Source of the DNA: Zygnema circumcarinatum SAG 698-1b
Taxonomy: Eukaryota > Plantae > Zygnematophyceae
Reading direction: 5' to 3'
NCBI GenBank assembly: GCA_037447605.1
Contig: CM074810.1
Location: 1,398,880-1,462,879 of the forward strand
Length of the DNA: 64,000 nt
A model generated the notes under the pieces. That model ran no database searches. It saw only the letters and a program-made list of their open reading frames with translations, and had not been told where the DNA came from. The position numbers and the translations under genes are program-made. Positions 33,905 through 46,653 of the stretch are shown one piece after another (within the stretch, counting starts at the first letter, position 1; every line of letters starts with the position of its first letter).

Positions 33905-34429
33905 TTACTTTTCACTTCGGGGTTTCCCACACTTTTCAACATATTTGTCCACCAAAGCTCGAATCTGGTCCCAATTCAAAACCCAAACTCCGCTCAGTTT
34001 ATGATTACATCGGAAATTGAATAATGCAATTCTCGCAAAGGGATCTTAACCAAGTACCACATTTCAGTATCCTAAAACCAAACCCAGTTTTTCAAAAAAC
34101 CCTTGACTCAAAAAACCTCGACTGGGAAATTTCAAGAACCCGTTTAACACCCAAAAACACAGCGACTGTCGAAACTCCAAAACGTAAAGAACCCTAAAGC
34201 TTAAGAAGAAACTCAAAATACCCAAACATCATGAATGAAATGAAATTGCCGAAAAGTCCACATAGCTTGAGAGCACCAAAAAACTCCATCACCCAGAAAC
34301 TATGAAAATCCAAAAAACTGCAAGCAATTGATATAATGCTTAAGTTTCCAAAAACAATCCAGCACTGAAGAAACCATGAGTACGGTGAACTTCAGGACTT
34401 GAACAGTGGCTGCTTAACACACCTTGAGA

Positions 34430-34465
<36 letters not shown>

Positions 34466-37400
34466 TAGAGTGAGAGACAGAGAGAAAGGGGGAGAGAGAT
34501 AGAGAGAGAATCCACAGCGGTATAGTTCAGTGCTTGGGCAGTGGCACCATAACACACCTTCAATTTCCGTTTGATGCAAAGAAACTCCTCAATACTTCCC
34601 TCCACATCCTTTGTCATTTCTCTCTCCATAACCTGCATATAGAAAAAACAGAACAATAGGCAAAGAAAGTCAACTTTTTCATCGACACCATCCTTGTGGC
34701 AGATGGCTGCCAGTTCTTGTACGTTTTTTACATGTTTGTTTATTGAAAACAATGTTATCCGGGATTGCAAGGTAGGCAGAAAACTTTTCATTCTAACCTA
34801 ACAAAGTTCGCAAAAGTAGTGAAGGGAAGCAGCAGACACCTTATCCACAGATTTCTTCGCAATCGATTTAAAATCCTCCCGAGAGAGTCGTCTCGTCTTG
34901 TAAAGGGGAGTAAGCAGTTGCACTACATAATCCCCAATGACTTGCTTCATAGCTTTAGCCGACAATATCTCTCCCTCCCTCCCTCTACCTCCTCCCTGCC
35001 CCCTACTACTTCCCCGTCCTCCCCCTTCGAGGGGAGGAGACCCTCTTTCTGAGCCTTCATCAATGCCTGCGGGCCCCCCTCTCATCCCTCCGTTCCCTAC
35101 AGAAGTCTCTCCTCGAGCCCTCTCTCCACTGCCCTCACTCTCTCCCGCAGTACCCCTACACCTGCCTGCACCCACTCTCTCCTTCTCTCTCACCTCTCTC
35201 ACTCCTCCCACCACGGCTTCGGCTACAGAAGCATCCTCACTCCCACCACCTCCTACACTTTGTCTATTGCTGCCATTCCGCCTTCCAGCATCTGCTAACC
35301 CTATAAATCTGTTGGTCTTATCCCCTCCTTCATCTCCATTAGAGTTATCCCTTCCAGCAGCACTACTTCCTTCTTCATCCTCCTTCTCTGGGTGGCAGAC
35401 TGCCCCTCCCGTACCTGAACCCTCCGCTTCAGGCTCTACTCGCCTTCCTCTCCCACCTCCCTCTCTCCTCTCCTTCACCACCTTGTCCATTTTCTTTCCC
35501 TCCCCTCCCTCTACTCTCACCACCTGAGAATGCTTTTCGGCATTGTTTTGCTCCCCGGTTTCTACATTCAGCATGCTCTCCTCTTGCTCATCTTCCACAT
35601 CCGCTCTATCACCCCCTCCCTCCATATCCCCTCCATGCTGCATCACAGTCTTCATCTGCCTCCAAGCTGCTAACCTCATCTGCTTCTTTCCATCCCTTGA
35701 CTCCACATCATATTCCCAACTACGTTTCTCACTCTCATCCAAGGGAGGGAAACCCACATTCTGACCCCTCTCATGCTTGATTTTCTCCTCCTTCACTGCC
35801 GGCTTAGACACGGCAGTCTCGTCTTTGAACCGAACATGCAACTTCTCTTTTCCCGGAGTGGGAGAGATTTTCTCTATGGCCTTTCCCTTCTTCGCAAAAG
35901 CTCTAAAAGAAAGAATTTTGGGCGGTTCTGGAAGAGGAGCTATCTGGGCTTCAGCCAAAGCCTGCAATGCGAACCGGAAAAAAACTATGAAACAACTATT
36001 GCACATATTGATATGCGTGTATGCTCTTTATATGTCTCTATGCCTGATCTGTCCTTTTGTATGCATGCGGTTCAAAGTATGAAAGGAAATATTTGCTCTG
36101 ACATCAAACCCGACAACTTCACTTTCCTTCAATTTTCTGAGCTTGAAGTCAGGCTCGTTCCTCCTTAAATAACCTTTGTCAAAGTCATCAATGTGAGCAG
36201 AACCCTACAATGGAAATTTCCAGTTCTACAAAACTCCCCTATATTTGTGAAAGCACTCAACAAATAGTCCATAGCTTTAAACCATATAAAACATACCTCA
36301 GCCGCTGCTTTTGCTGCAGCAGCAGCAGCATCCGCTGCAGCAATAGCTTCCAATTCCGCTGCAGTAGGGACCCACTCCTTCACCGGCTCTACCTTCACCT
36401 CTCCCTCCCTCTTCACTCCCTCACTCGTGACCTCATCCACTCCCCTCCTCTTTGCAAGAAGCTTCCTCTCTCTGCTCTGCTGAGCATGTTTGCTCTTGAA
36501 GAGGGCGATCCATGAGCGCACCAACTGATCCGCAACTGCACGGATGTCTCTATGTCCCAAACTGCACACATTCTCTTTCACAGTCTTTCCAATGCCTGCA
36601 AGGACCCCACAAATTCGACTCGAACTGAGCTGAGTTTGAGTTAAGTTGACTTATAAAGTTCAGTTAAATTGAGTTGACTTAAAGTTCAGTTAAATTGAGT
36701 CGACTTAAAGTTCAGTTAAATTGAGTTGACTTAAAGTTCAGTTAAATTGAGTTGACTTAAAGTTCAGTTAAATTGAGTTGACTTAAAGTTCAGTTAAATT
36801 GAGTTGACTTTGGTGAAGTTTTGATTGAGACAACCCAAACTTCAAGTAGCCCCTAGATACTATAACCCTCCAATCAGCTTCAAATGCCTGAAAATTCCCA
36901 AAAGCCGTTCAAAAACAATCCCAAACAAACGCTTTCACCGAGGAGAGTATCTCTGGAGAATGCAAGTACTGTTTAAACATATGTCACACTTTTCTGCCTG
37001 TAAGGAAAGGACACGTGGCAGGACCTGATTGGCGGACGGCGGAGAGGTCGGTGGCCACCAGCAGAAGCACACGCACACAATGGCGGAGGAGTTGAAGGCC
37101 CTCTTTCCCTCCTGATTCCTGAATCCATACATCACAAAAAGTAAAGGGTTCACTAAAAGGTCAATAAAAGAGTCAGTTAACCAATTATGCATCAGAAATG
37201 ACTGAATAAATGCCTCTAGCAAAATGGTAACAGAAGTGATTTGGCACTTGGTCTAATGATTTTCCAAAGTAAAGGATTAAGGATTGACACTTAGGGTTTA
37301 CGGCTGCAGAAAATCGGCATATCAATATGGACAGAGAGCCCGTTACGGAGGGACACTCTTCCAAAAATGGCAAAGTCTCAACTTTTGGCCAAAGTAAGAG

Positions 37401-40400
37401 TTTGAAGAAGAACATTGCGACTCACCAGAATCCACAAATTCAGAATGGAAAGTCCTTCCCTCGTGCCTGCAATTCCTTTGGCAGTTGACGATGGTAGAGC
37501 CAAAATCTCCTTGGCAACAAACAATCTCCCTGCCATAGTTTTTGCACCTTTGAAGAGATCTTGCACAATCTCCTCCCTCATAAGATTTCTTAGACCTCCC
37601 TCTCCCTTCTCTTCCTCCTCCGAACCATCTGAATCCAAAGAGGCCAACCTTCGGACCATCTCTCTTACTTCCGCTCTCTCACTCTCAGACTGCTTCTGCG
37701 CTGCAGCCATGGCTTCTGCTTCGGCTGTCATATCGACCCCTCTCTCTAACACATCGACTATTCTCACTGCCTCTCTCAACCCTGTGATCATCGCTCCTCC
37801 CACAGTATCGGGATGCTCCCTGCAAGTTGCCTCTCCTGCAAAGAACAATCGATTGTCGATAGGGCGAGCGAGTCGGTCATAATCATCTCCGGAAGCACCA
37901 ACTGCCACATAGGAATAAGCTCCACGACTGCAGGGAAAAGAGAAAAAAGGGGAAAGGGAAGAGAGAGGGAAGGATGAGTGGATAGAGTTTGAGAACTACG
38001 AGGGGGAAGGGGAAAGAGAGAGGGAAGGATGAGTGGATAGAGTTTGAGAACTACGAGGGAGAAGGGGAAAGAGAGAGGGAAGGATGAGTGGATAGAGTTT
38101 GAGAACTACGAGGGGGAAGGGGAAAGAGAGAGGGAAGGATGAGTGGATAGAGTTTGAGAACTAAGAGGGGGGAGGGGAAAGAGAGAGGGAAGGATGAGTG
38201 GATAGAGTCTGAGAACTAAGAGGGGGGAGGGGAAAGAGAGAGGGAAGGATGAGTGGATAGAGTTTGAGGAGGGGAAAGAGAGAGGGAAGGATGAGTGGAT
38301 AGAGTTTGAGAACTAAGAGGGGGGAGGGGAAAGAGAGAGGGAAGGATGAGTGGATAAAGTCTGAGAACTAAGAGGGGGGAAGGAAAAGAGAGAGGGAAGG
38401 ATGAGTGGATAAAGTCTGAGAACTAAGAGGGGGGAGGGGAAAGAGAGAGGGAAGGATGAGTGGATAGAGTTTGAGAACTAAGAGGGGGGGGGGAGGGAAG
38501 GATGAGTGGGAAAGAGAGAGGGAAGGATGAGTGGATAAAGTCTGAGAACTAAGAGGGGGGAAGGAAAAGAGAGAGGGAAGGATGAGTGGATAAAGTCTGA
38601 GAACGAAGATGGGGGAGGGAAAGAGAGAGGGAAGGATGAATAGATAAAGCCTGAGAAACTGAGGTTTCGCAGCATATTAGTGTATGAGGAATGAATGATT
38701 CAGCATTGAGTATAGGAGAGGGGGGAGGAAAATGTGGAAGTCAACTATGAGGGAAGGCAGTGAAGTTCATTCAAGTTGGAGTTTAGGATTGAATGAAAAG
38801 AGAAAGGCAGAAAGGCTAAGTCCCTACATGTTGTTATCTACATTCGATTTAAGTGATTAGGATATCACTTTTACAGTCATGCACCTGTTGAACTTGGACT
38901 CAAATTCGTGAGAATTTCCGAGCACTCACAATGACTGTGAAATCTGTTGAAGTTAATTTTTGCAGGTAGCCGGGACCTGCTTTTACGTGAGAATCTAAAT
39001 TCTAGATTTACAGCCTTACGATTCTTAACATCCACAAAACCCAAAACTTCAATGGTACGAAAAAAAAAGGCTTTCAAACTCTCTGCCTTTTCAAGATGAA
39101 GCTGCATCTCTCACCTGTACGGATCTTTTCCCCAATGCGTAACGACAGAAGCGACCGGTTTCTCAACTTTGTCGTTTCCAAACAACTTCCGAAGAACAGA
39201 GAGAGCCTCCTCTACCACTACCTCATCCTCCTCCTCCTCTCCCACCTCCGCCGCTTTCCCAACAATCAGTCCAGTCAGCACTGCAGCTCCGCAAGTTCTC
39301 TGAAGATTCCAAAACATGAAGCATCTCCCTCTCATCTCGGAATTTTCTCCAGCTGCCCCAAAAAAGTCAACTTCCGGGTCCCAAAAAACTTTCGGGAACT
39401 CCAAGACCACTTTATTCAACACACCAAACCCTATCCTACTTATAGCTGCAGCCTTCCACTCGGGCAGAGGTGGGGAAAAATTTATGTCGCCTGCTTTAAG
39501 GCAACCTAGGGGCACTGTCACAAGTACTGCATCTGCAGAAAAAGACTCTCCAGACATGACCTTCACGTTCACAACCCCAGCCTCTATATCCGCTTCACTC
39601 GCTCTCCCTCTCCCTTCTCTCTCTGCCCCCCTCTCCTTCACTTCCTCCCCCCTCTCACGCCTACTCTCCCCTCCCTCTCCTGCCGTATCCCCATTTGATT
39701 TCGCTCCTGCCTTAGCTGCGTAGTCAATCTTGCTAACAACCTGCTCGAACCGAATATCTAGCCCCTCCTTCATGGCCTCTACTACTTGACTATATCCCCC
39801 CTTTATCATGCAGTGCTGCCCCCCAAAACCCCCAAAGACATCATCTTGATTCCAATGAGGCAATGAAACTTTCCCAAGCGGAGCGGCACATCCATACTCT
39901 AAATTGGCTAAATGCCAGTCCAAAACTCGCCTCTCTAAGGACTGCACTTTCACTGCCTCTACATTGTTCTCATTGGCAGAGCAGGAGCTGTTCTCCTCCC
40001 TACCATCCCCTCTCCTCATGCTCGCAGAAGCGAGCAAGTCAAGACCACAGGGCCCCACATGGTATTCCGACTCTCTCCTCCCATCCCACTCGCGGTTACA
40101 TTCAACTGCTCCCTTCACCCCTCCTTCACTAGAACCCCCATTCTTTGTAATAGATGAGTTTCCTCTATCATTCTCATCCTCATCCAGCTCCATAGCTAAA
40201 GCTTTAAGCAGAGCCCCTCCCGCCTGCAACACCATATCCGACTCCAAGCACATATACCCCCCATTCTTTGCTTCTCTCTTTATTCCGTTCTGTCTCCATC
40301 CACAGTCCGCTCTCCCGTTATCCGTACAGCTTTCTCTCACTCCATTCTCTACCTCTCTCTCATCCACCACTTCCCCTTCCATCATGACTCCATCCATCCC

Positions 40401-43400
40401 TCCCCCTTTTGCACCCTTAGTTCTCCCTAAAGCCTCCTCCAAAGCCTCTCCAAGTGACATTTTTTCAGCATGTGCTCCCTTCTCTAAAACCATCAGCACT
40501 GTCTGATCAAGGAGCCCATTATATTCCGCCTCAATGGCCGCATCAATATCTGCAGGAACTTTCTCTCCAGTCACAGCGTCAAAGAGAGGGCAGTCTCCTC
40601 TCAGCCCTACCAACCCTAAGTCTAATTGCCGGCAAAGAAGTGATGTTGGATCAGCTCTCTTTTCCAAAGCAACATCACTTTCTGTTCCTGTGATGATGCT
40701 TGCCCCCAAATCGACAGGTGCAGAAAATGATGTTGTGTCTGTATGCACCCGTCCCCCAACCCTATTCCTCGCTTCCAAAATGGTCACTTTTAATCCCATT
40801 TTCGTGAGATGTCTTGCAGCAGTCAGCCCTGCAGGGCCTGCTCCAATAATCAAAACACTTTTCTTCGTGTTCTCTTCGATTTCGCTATGCGTTTGTTGCA
40901 CTTTCTCCGCCTTCTCCAGCCCCTCAGAGCCTCCTCTCTCCCTCTCTCTGTCTCCCTCTACCAACTTGTGAATCTGTTCAGATATCCTCACCTCCTTTCC
41001 ATCTATCTCTGCAATGCTCCCTCCGTCCTCACTCTGACACATGAATCTCTTAATCTCCTTCTCCTCCACATTTTGTTCTCTCGCCACTTCCTCCATTTCT
41101 CTGTCATCCTTCAACTTCACTTCTCCCTCATCCTCTGCCATCTTTTTTTGAATGACTTCCTGTTCATCTACCTCCATTGGAACGGCTTCGCTTCTCTTCA
41201 AGACACCTCGAGAAGCTACCACCTCCCCTTCCACTGTGCTCCACTTCCGTTTCCGTAAAACTCCAAAGTTGATGCAACCCTGTCAGAACCCAACTTGCCC
41301 AGCAAATCCTTATGTCCAGCATCGCAAAAAGGAAATAAACATAGCAACAAAGAAAGAGCCAAAGACAACCCTAATGAACTATATGGCCACTCATTCCTAG
41401 GCTTTCCTAGGCGCTTTGCATCGAATTGTGAGACAAGAAAATAGATCAGACGACATCAACGTAACTTTACAAATGTCTCGCTGTGAACTCGCAAAATAAT
41501 AGTGGAAGGAAATGAGTATTGAAACCCTTGAAAAGGTGATCCTTAGAAGCTCAGCCTGACAATCTTAAATATATAGGGAATGTCACACATTGAACCGAGT
41601 GCACAGTCGTCGACTGATACCCACCAGTTGATCCAAGAAATTGAAGACCTCCCGAGTCAGGAAAGTATGCGAAGTCTCTACGCTGGAAACAGTTGATATC
41701 ATGCCGCAATCAGCTAATGTCAACTGAGAGCTGACATTGGAATCCCACAAAGCCAACATAGTATTTCTGCAAGAAAATGCACACGGTTTAGCCAACAGGG
41801 AAACCCAAGAGCACCAGAATTCTGAAAGCAATGGAATGGAATAGCCCATATCTCGTTAGATTGAAGTTGCATGAAATCATGGATGGCTATGGGCTATTGT
41901 CTGTACGAAGTTCAACTTCTTCCTGAATTAAGTCAAGATTATTCAGAGCACGTGAACTACGATCGTAAAGTGTATGAAAGCACTGCAATGAAAAAACTGA
42001 TTTGAAGTACAAATATACAACGGAACCGTCGGCATATAATTTTAGGCAAGAAGTGTCGCCCTCACGGTTGACCCCACTTGAAGTAACGCTTCTAAAAACA
42101 AAGAAGCCAATAGCGTTTTGCTACTTCTAGCGAAGGTTCCATATTAAAAACGCACCTGCAGTCGATATACTCCTGCAAGCCTCCCCTCTTTTTCAAAAAC
42201 TCCTTGAATCTGATTCTTTCTAAAGGCCCCGGAGCCCTCGGCCTCAATCCTGCAGTGACAGCAGGAGCTTCTCCGGGCCTCTGCTGCATTGGCATGCCGG
42301 AAGGAGCAGCTCCTTTGCTCCTCCCTCTACCCATACGATCCTTCTCCGGGTTCCAAGTCCAATCTTTAGGGACCTTCTTTTCTCCCATAATGTAAGCCCA
42401 CTCTAGGTCGCCCTCATAAGCCATATCCTCAAGCCGCCGCTTCTTTATTAGCCGAGCAGGACGCCGCTTTACAACCGTTACACCAACATCGGGAGAAGAC
42501 ATTAGAAAGTTTCCGGAACCTCTGTTTTTCTCCACGCTGCCCATCTCAGGAAGTAGTGAAGCTGCATTGCTTCCGACCTCCCCTATCAACCCTAATTCAG
42601 CGGAGGGAAATCCTAGAGAGTGTGTTGGCTGTAACCCTAATTCTTCCCCGAACTTCACTGCGGCATCTGTTTCCGCTAAGTATCGGGCCTCGAGCTCCTC
42701 AGGATCTTCAACAACGCCAATTCTGCCTCTCTGCCGAGCAATTTCCTGAACCCTAATTGCATTCTTTTGAAGAACATGTGTGCCTCCGAGAGCGACAACT
42801 GCTTTCCCCGCATTTCCTCCCTCCCCGGCAGCTGAAATTACACTCTCTTCCGCCATGGCCTCGTTCAGAGAAGCGCATATCCCCTGCAAAGCCTTCCCTT
42901 GCCCCTGTATTTCCATGCTAGCCCTCAGTTTCAAATCCCGAAAATCCTCAGCGACACTTTTTTCGTCGTCTTCAAGTTTTTTGCCATTTTCTGTCGACCC
43001 AACGACGACTTGCCCAGCTGGCGTCAAGACAGCTTCCACAATGACAGCTGGCGCAATATCTGCGAAGGGATTTAGAATAAATTTTCAGTGAGACTATCAT
43101 TATCATCATTATTCAGCTACTTGAAGGACAACCGAAAAATCTTTTGACATCTGAAACCCTAATTTTTGTAAAATCTCATAATGTGATGTCTAGAACGCCC
43201 TCTAACCTTCTGCAACCTTAAGAAACACAAACATAGAAATTGGTATCGACAACATCTGGACCTTGATGAATACAGTCACTGAAAGTCTAAGTACTATGTG
43301 ATCTGAAACCCTAATTTCAGGCTCTCTGTAGCTGCAGAAAACGAAGCTCACCGTGCGAATGCAAATATTCCTCTGCAGCATTCTCCTTCAACATTGCTGC

Positions 43401-43439
43401 TTCTTCGCATACATGCTCCAGCCCATTCCTCCATTCCAT
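33905..43439 (-). CDS. LDL3: Lysine-specific histone demethylase 1 homolog 3 (LDL3-like), ~1816 aa, 10 exons
   Basis: Exons 43439-43352, 43059-42156, 41766-41625, 41279-39115, 37927-37426, 37118-37025, 36595-36297, 35961-34840, 34632-34558, 33964-33905 (5451 nt, in phase). SWIRM region (EYIDCRN...FLDQLGCINFG), FAD amine oxidase ([64 protein letters not shown]), TFIIS-N-like region and C-terminal SRI-like region ([15 protein letters not shown]...[11 protein letters not shown]). Start exon less certain. Confidence 0.93.
36643..36810. repeat. 26-bp tandem minisatellite (GAGTTGACTTAAAGTTCAGTTAAATT), ~6.4 units, in an LDL3 intron
   Basis: Head-to-tail, nearly identical units with no spacers. Confidence 0.95.
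37950..38660. repeat. ~55-bp purine-rich minisatellite, ~13-14 units, in an LDL3 intron
   Basis: Unit GGGAAAGAGAGAGGGAAGGATGAGTGGATAGAGTTTGAGAACTACGAGGGGGAAG, with two shortened units and progressive variants. Confidence 0.95.
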
Positions 43440-43903
43440 AGCTCCAATCAACCCGCACTTTGCTCCATAAATTGGGTACAAATGAGGTACAAATGTCCTC
43501 TTTCCGACCTCCCCCTCAGTCTCCTGCCTCTCACTCTCCCCCCCTCAACTCTCTCTCTCTCTCTCTCTCTCCCACTCTGTCCCACTCTCTCTCCCCCCTC
43601 TTCCCCCCACCCCTTCCTGCCCTTCACTCTGCAATGGTCTATGAAGGAAGGAGAGCAAGGAGTTAGGGTTTCTGCAGCTCTTGCAACTTACAAAGCATAG
43701 AATGCGTACTCCTCTCTGGCTCCTTTCCAGGACGACAATAGAGCATTTTCTGGCGCCGCTCGATCGCTCTCATTTGTAAAGTACTTGTTTCATGTTAATG
43801 TGGTCATAGGAACCGTCAACACTCTCGTCAGCACAGGCCGTACATTTGCTCTGCCGGACGCTACCGTACATTAGTACACCTCGCCTGCCGTAAAGTATAT
43901 GTA

Positions 43904-45073
43904 CAGTAGGGGGTCCTCATATGTTCCACCCTGGTTCCCGCCAATATGAGGCGAAAATATTAATTTTGCATATATAAGGTTCCTGTTACGAATAGACGGG
44001 CAGTATTATGTTAGAGTTCATGTTGGACCGTACGTATCGTACCGTACCGTATCGTACCATATCGTACTATATCATTTAGCATCGTATCGTATCGTGACAT
44101 ATCGTGACGCATAAGCGTAGTTTTTAGGACTATGTTGTTCGTCTCATTGATGATGCTATAATTATCAATAGTGGAAGAGCACACCCATGATGAAATAAAT
44201 GAGTGAGTTAATATTGGGCTGGGGGTTGACGGGCTTCCACGGCAATGAAACAAAACTGGGTGCCTTGTGCGACTGAGAAGACGCTCAATACCAAAACACC
44301 TCTTAAAGTCAATATGCTTGCTTGTAGATGGTTCATGTGGCGACCTTGGAGTCTGCGACCGGGACCCGCCAAGGCGACCCTTTAGGAGGTCCTTTGTTCG
44401 CTTTGGCGCACATTCGTGCGCTTCGAGCTTCGGCACAGGCTTTTCCAGGCTGCCTTTTTCCATCAGTGGCCGACGATACTCATATCATTGGCCCTGCTGN
44501 NNNNNNNNNGGTGGACTTCCGCCGCTCCCTCCTCGCGACGTGCCTCACATCGGTGACCTTTGCGGCTGCTTCTAGGGCTGCGTTGTTGTGCCTAGGCGTA
44601 GTTTTCCGCTCCTAGCTTCGTTTTATTGTGTTTCGGTCCTTTGTGACCAGTCCTTCGTGGTTCCACATTTTGCCTTTATCCATGTAAATTTGATGGCCTC
44701 GCCATCGCGAGTTCAATGAAAGTTTGCGTTCTTTGTTCATGTGGATGGTATATGGAGCAGATGTAACAACTGACGGGCTAATCCCCTCAGTCGTGTGCGT
44801 AAATCGCCGAGTCTGCGGTACGTTGGTTGGATGACGACAGTATCGTATCGTATCGAAGTCAAGAAGACGGGGAGAAGAGCGAGCGCCTCTTACGGCGGCA
44901 CGAGCGGGGAGATTAGGTGAGTTTTGCGTAAGCCCGTAACGGATAGATAGTACGGACAGTACGAATAGTACGGCTAACACAAGTTACCGTACAAAAAGGT
45001 GGTTTCGGCAAAATCGGGGCGAAAATATTGAGGACGCACTCCTTAGGGTGGTAAATACGAGGACCCCCCACTG
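43904..45073. mobile_element. Non-autonomous Tc1/mariner (pogo-like) element, CAGT termini, TA TSD
   Basis: TA|CAGTAGGGGGTCCTCATATGTTCCACCCT at 43902 versus AGGGTGGTAAATACGAGGACCCCCCACTG|TA ending at 45075: ~28-bp imperfect TIR. Subterminal GTATC/GTACC arrays. Confidence 0.85.
44341..44734 (+). mobile_element. 5'-truncated non-LTR retrotransposon fragment (RT) nested in the pogo-like element
   Basis: Encodes SATGTRQGDPLGGPLFALAHIRAL...LFPSVADDTHIIGP (RT QGDPL and xADD motifs), then a gap at 44500-44509, then an ORF end at 44615 and a 3' tail. 10-bp direct repeat GTTCATGTGG at 44331-44340 and 44735-44744. Confidence 0.8.
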
Positions 45074-45616
45074 TACGGACTCATATACGGATGTGTATGT
45101 CAGCAAGCGTGGACGTCGCCAACGTGATGACGTCATCAACGCCTTGTGACGGTTTCTAGAGCAACAAGCAATCTTGGATTTGGGACAAGAAAGAAATTTG
45201 TAATGAAATATTCGCCAATAATACATCGCCACGTGTAAATATTTCACACGTGGCGCATTTTTATTAGTGGAAGCTGCACAAAAAACGAATTTAAATCTGC
45301 AAGTTTGAGTTTCGGTACCAACACGGCAACGCCCGAGTTTTCGAAATTTCAGATTTCTTTATGCATGAAAGAACGTAGCAGTAACCTGTTGAACTGCGCC
45401 ATTGGAACCATCCTCTCTCTGATAAAACGGAACAAAACCAGTTACAGTTCCATCACAGAAAAGTCAACAGCCACACATAGACAGCTCCTTCCTCCCAGGC
45501 CTTCGTCGCCCCCTCGTCCCCCACTTCCCTACGTCGTTCCCTCCCCGCTCTCTCTCTTTCTCCGTTATTTCTCTCGTTCTCCCTCTTATCTCTCTCTCAC
45601 TCTCTCGCGCAGCAGA

Positions 45617-46653
45617 ATGGGGAAGGTGCCGGTGCGGCTGCGCGAGGTGACGTACGTGCTGTCGCCGTTCGAGCAGAAGGTGATGGGCGGTCTGTGGAAG
45701 GACATGGGCCACACCCTCTCCAAGAAGTTCGCGTACAACTGGCTCGACCTCACCGTCTGCGCTGTGCCCGTGCTCGGGACCTACTGGTCGGCGAGCCGCC
45801 TTTCCTCCTTATGTTTCAGGGTTAGGGTTAGGGTTGGCAGAATTTTCAGAATTATAGAGAATTTAGGGCTTGTACAGGATCTATAGGTTTTTACGGGGTT
45901 CTGAAGATTTTTTCACGGGTTCAAGTAGAGGTCTCTTGTTCATAGTCTCGGTTGGTGTGTCGGCTGCTCAGCCTGGCACGTATGCATCTCTGCATTCGTT
46001 GAGGAGGTGGTGATGATGCATGAGATGGTCTTTTTTTTTGACAATAGTGTGGGCGTGCCAGCCCGTACTCGTACTTTCGCATGTCTTGTATGGCTCGATC
46101 GGACGGATCCTTATTTTAAATCATCTTAAATGCCCGTTTGGTGACGTAAACGAACATTGGTTTATGACTCCTTAAAATAAACTGAAGTCTCTCATAGCCT
46201 TCCGTTTTAGAGTCTACAATTTGAAGTCACCTAGGACTGTTTGGAGTGCTTGCGTAGCTGCAGAACGTAACTTCCAAACCTCGTTAATCGGCTGCAGACT
46301 GTTAGGGTTGGGATCCATTTGAGGATAAATTTGATGGTATCCGCCAACCTACGTTTGGCACGTATGCCGCTTGTCCTAAGTGGAGAGCTGTGCTTGGTGT
46401 ACGGAGTACCCTGAACAGATTCCAACCCTTAGTTGTTCTTAGGTTAGGTCAACCACATTTCAAGTCACGATAAACTCTCTTAGGGAGTGCATATCTGTAC
46501 GTCTGCTCTCGACTGGGTTTCAGGAATCTTCTAGTTTCCTTGCATTTCGGAGAGAATTTAGCATGGAAACCCTGACCCAGTCTCGGCAATGTGATGTGAT
46601 GCAGGTACTCTGAGTGGTACAAGGAACAGGAGAAGCTGCACCACCGCTATTAG
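45617..46653 (+). CDS. QCR8: Cytochrome b-c1 complex subunit 8, 72 aa, 2 exons
   Basis: Exons 45617-45786 and 46605-46653 give MGKVPVRLREVTYVLSPFEQKVMGGLWKDMGHTLSKKFAYNWLDLTVCAVPVLGTYWYSEWYKEQEKLHHRY*, matching plant QCR8 in length and in the YxLSPFxQK motif. Confidence 0.95.

Noticed and set aside
36643-36810. CRISPR-like 26-bp repeats
   Set aside because: Units are contiguous with no unique spacers, lie in a eukaryotic intron, and there are no cas genes.
44612-44980. Recurring peptide YMDxxxM(W/G)NHE(G/E)L in four short ORFs, as a possible novel micro-protein family
   Set aside because: It is the antisense translation of the LINE 3' tail repeat; indels shift frames between copies, so conservation is at DNA level.
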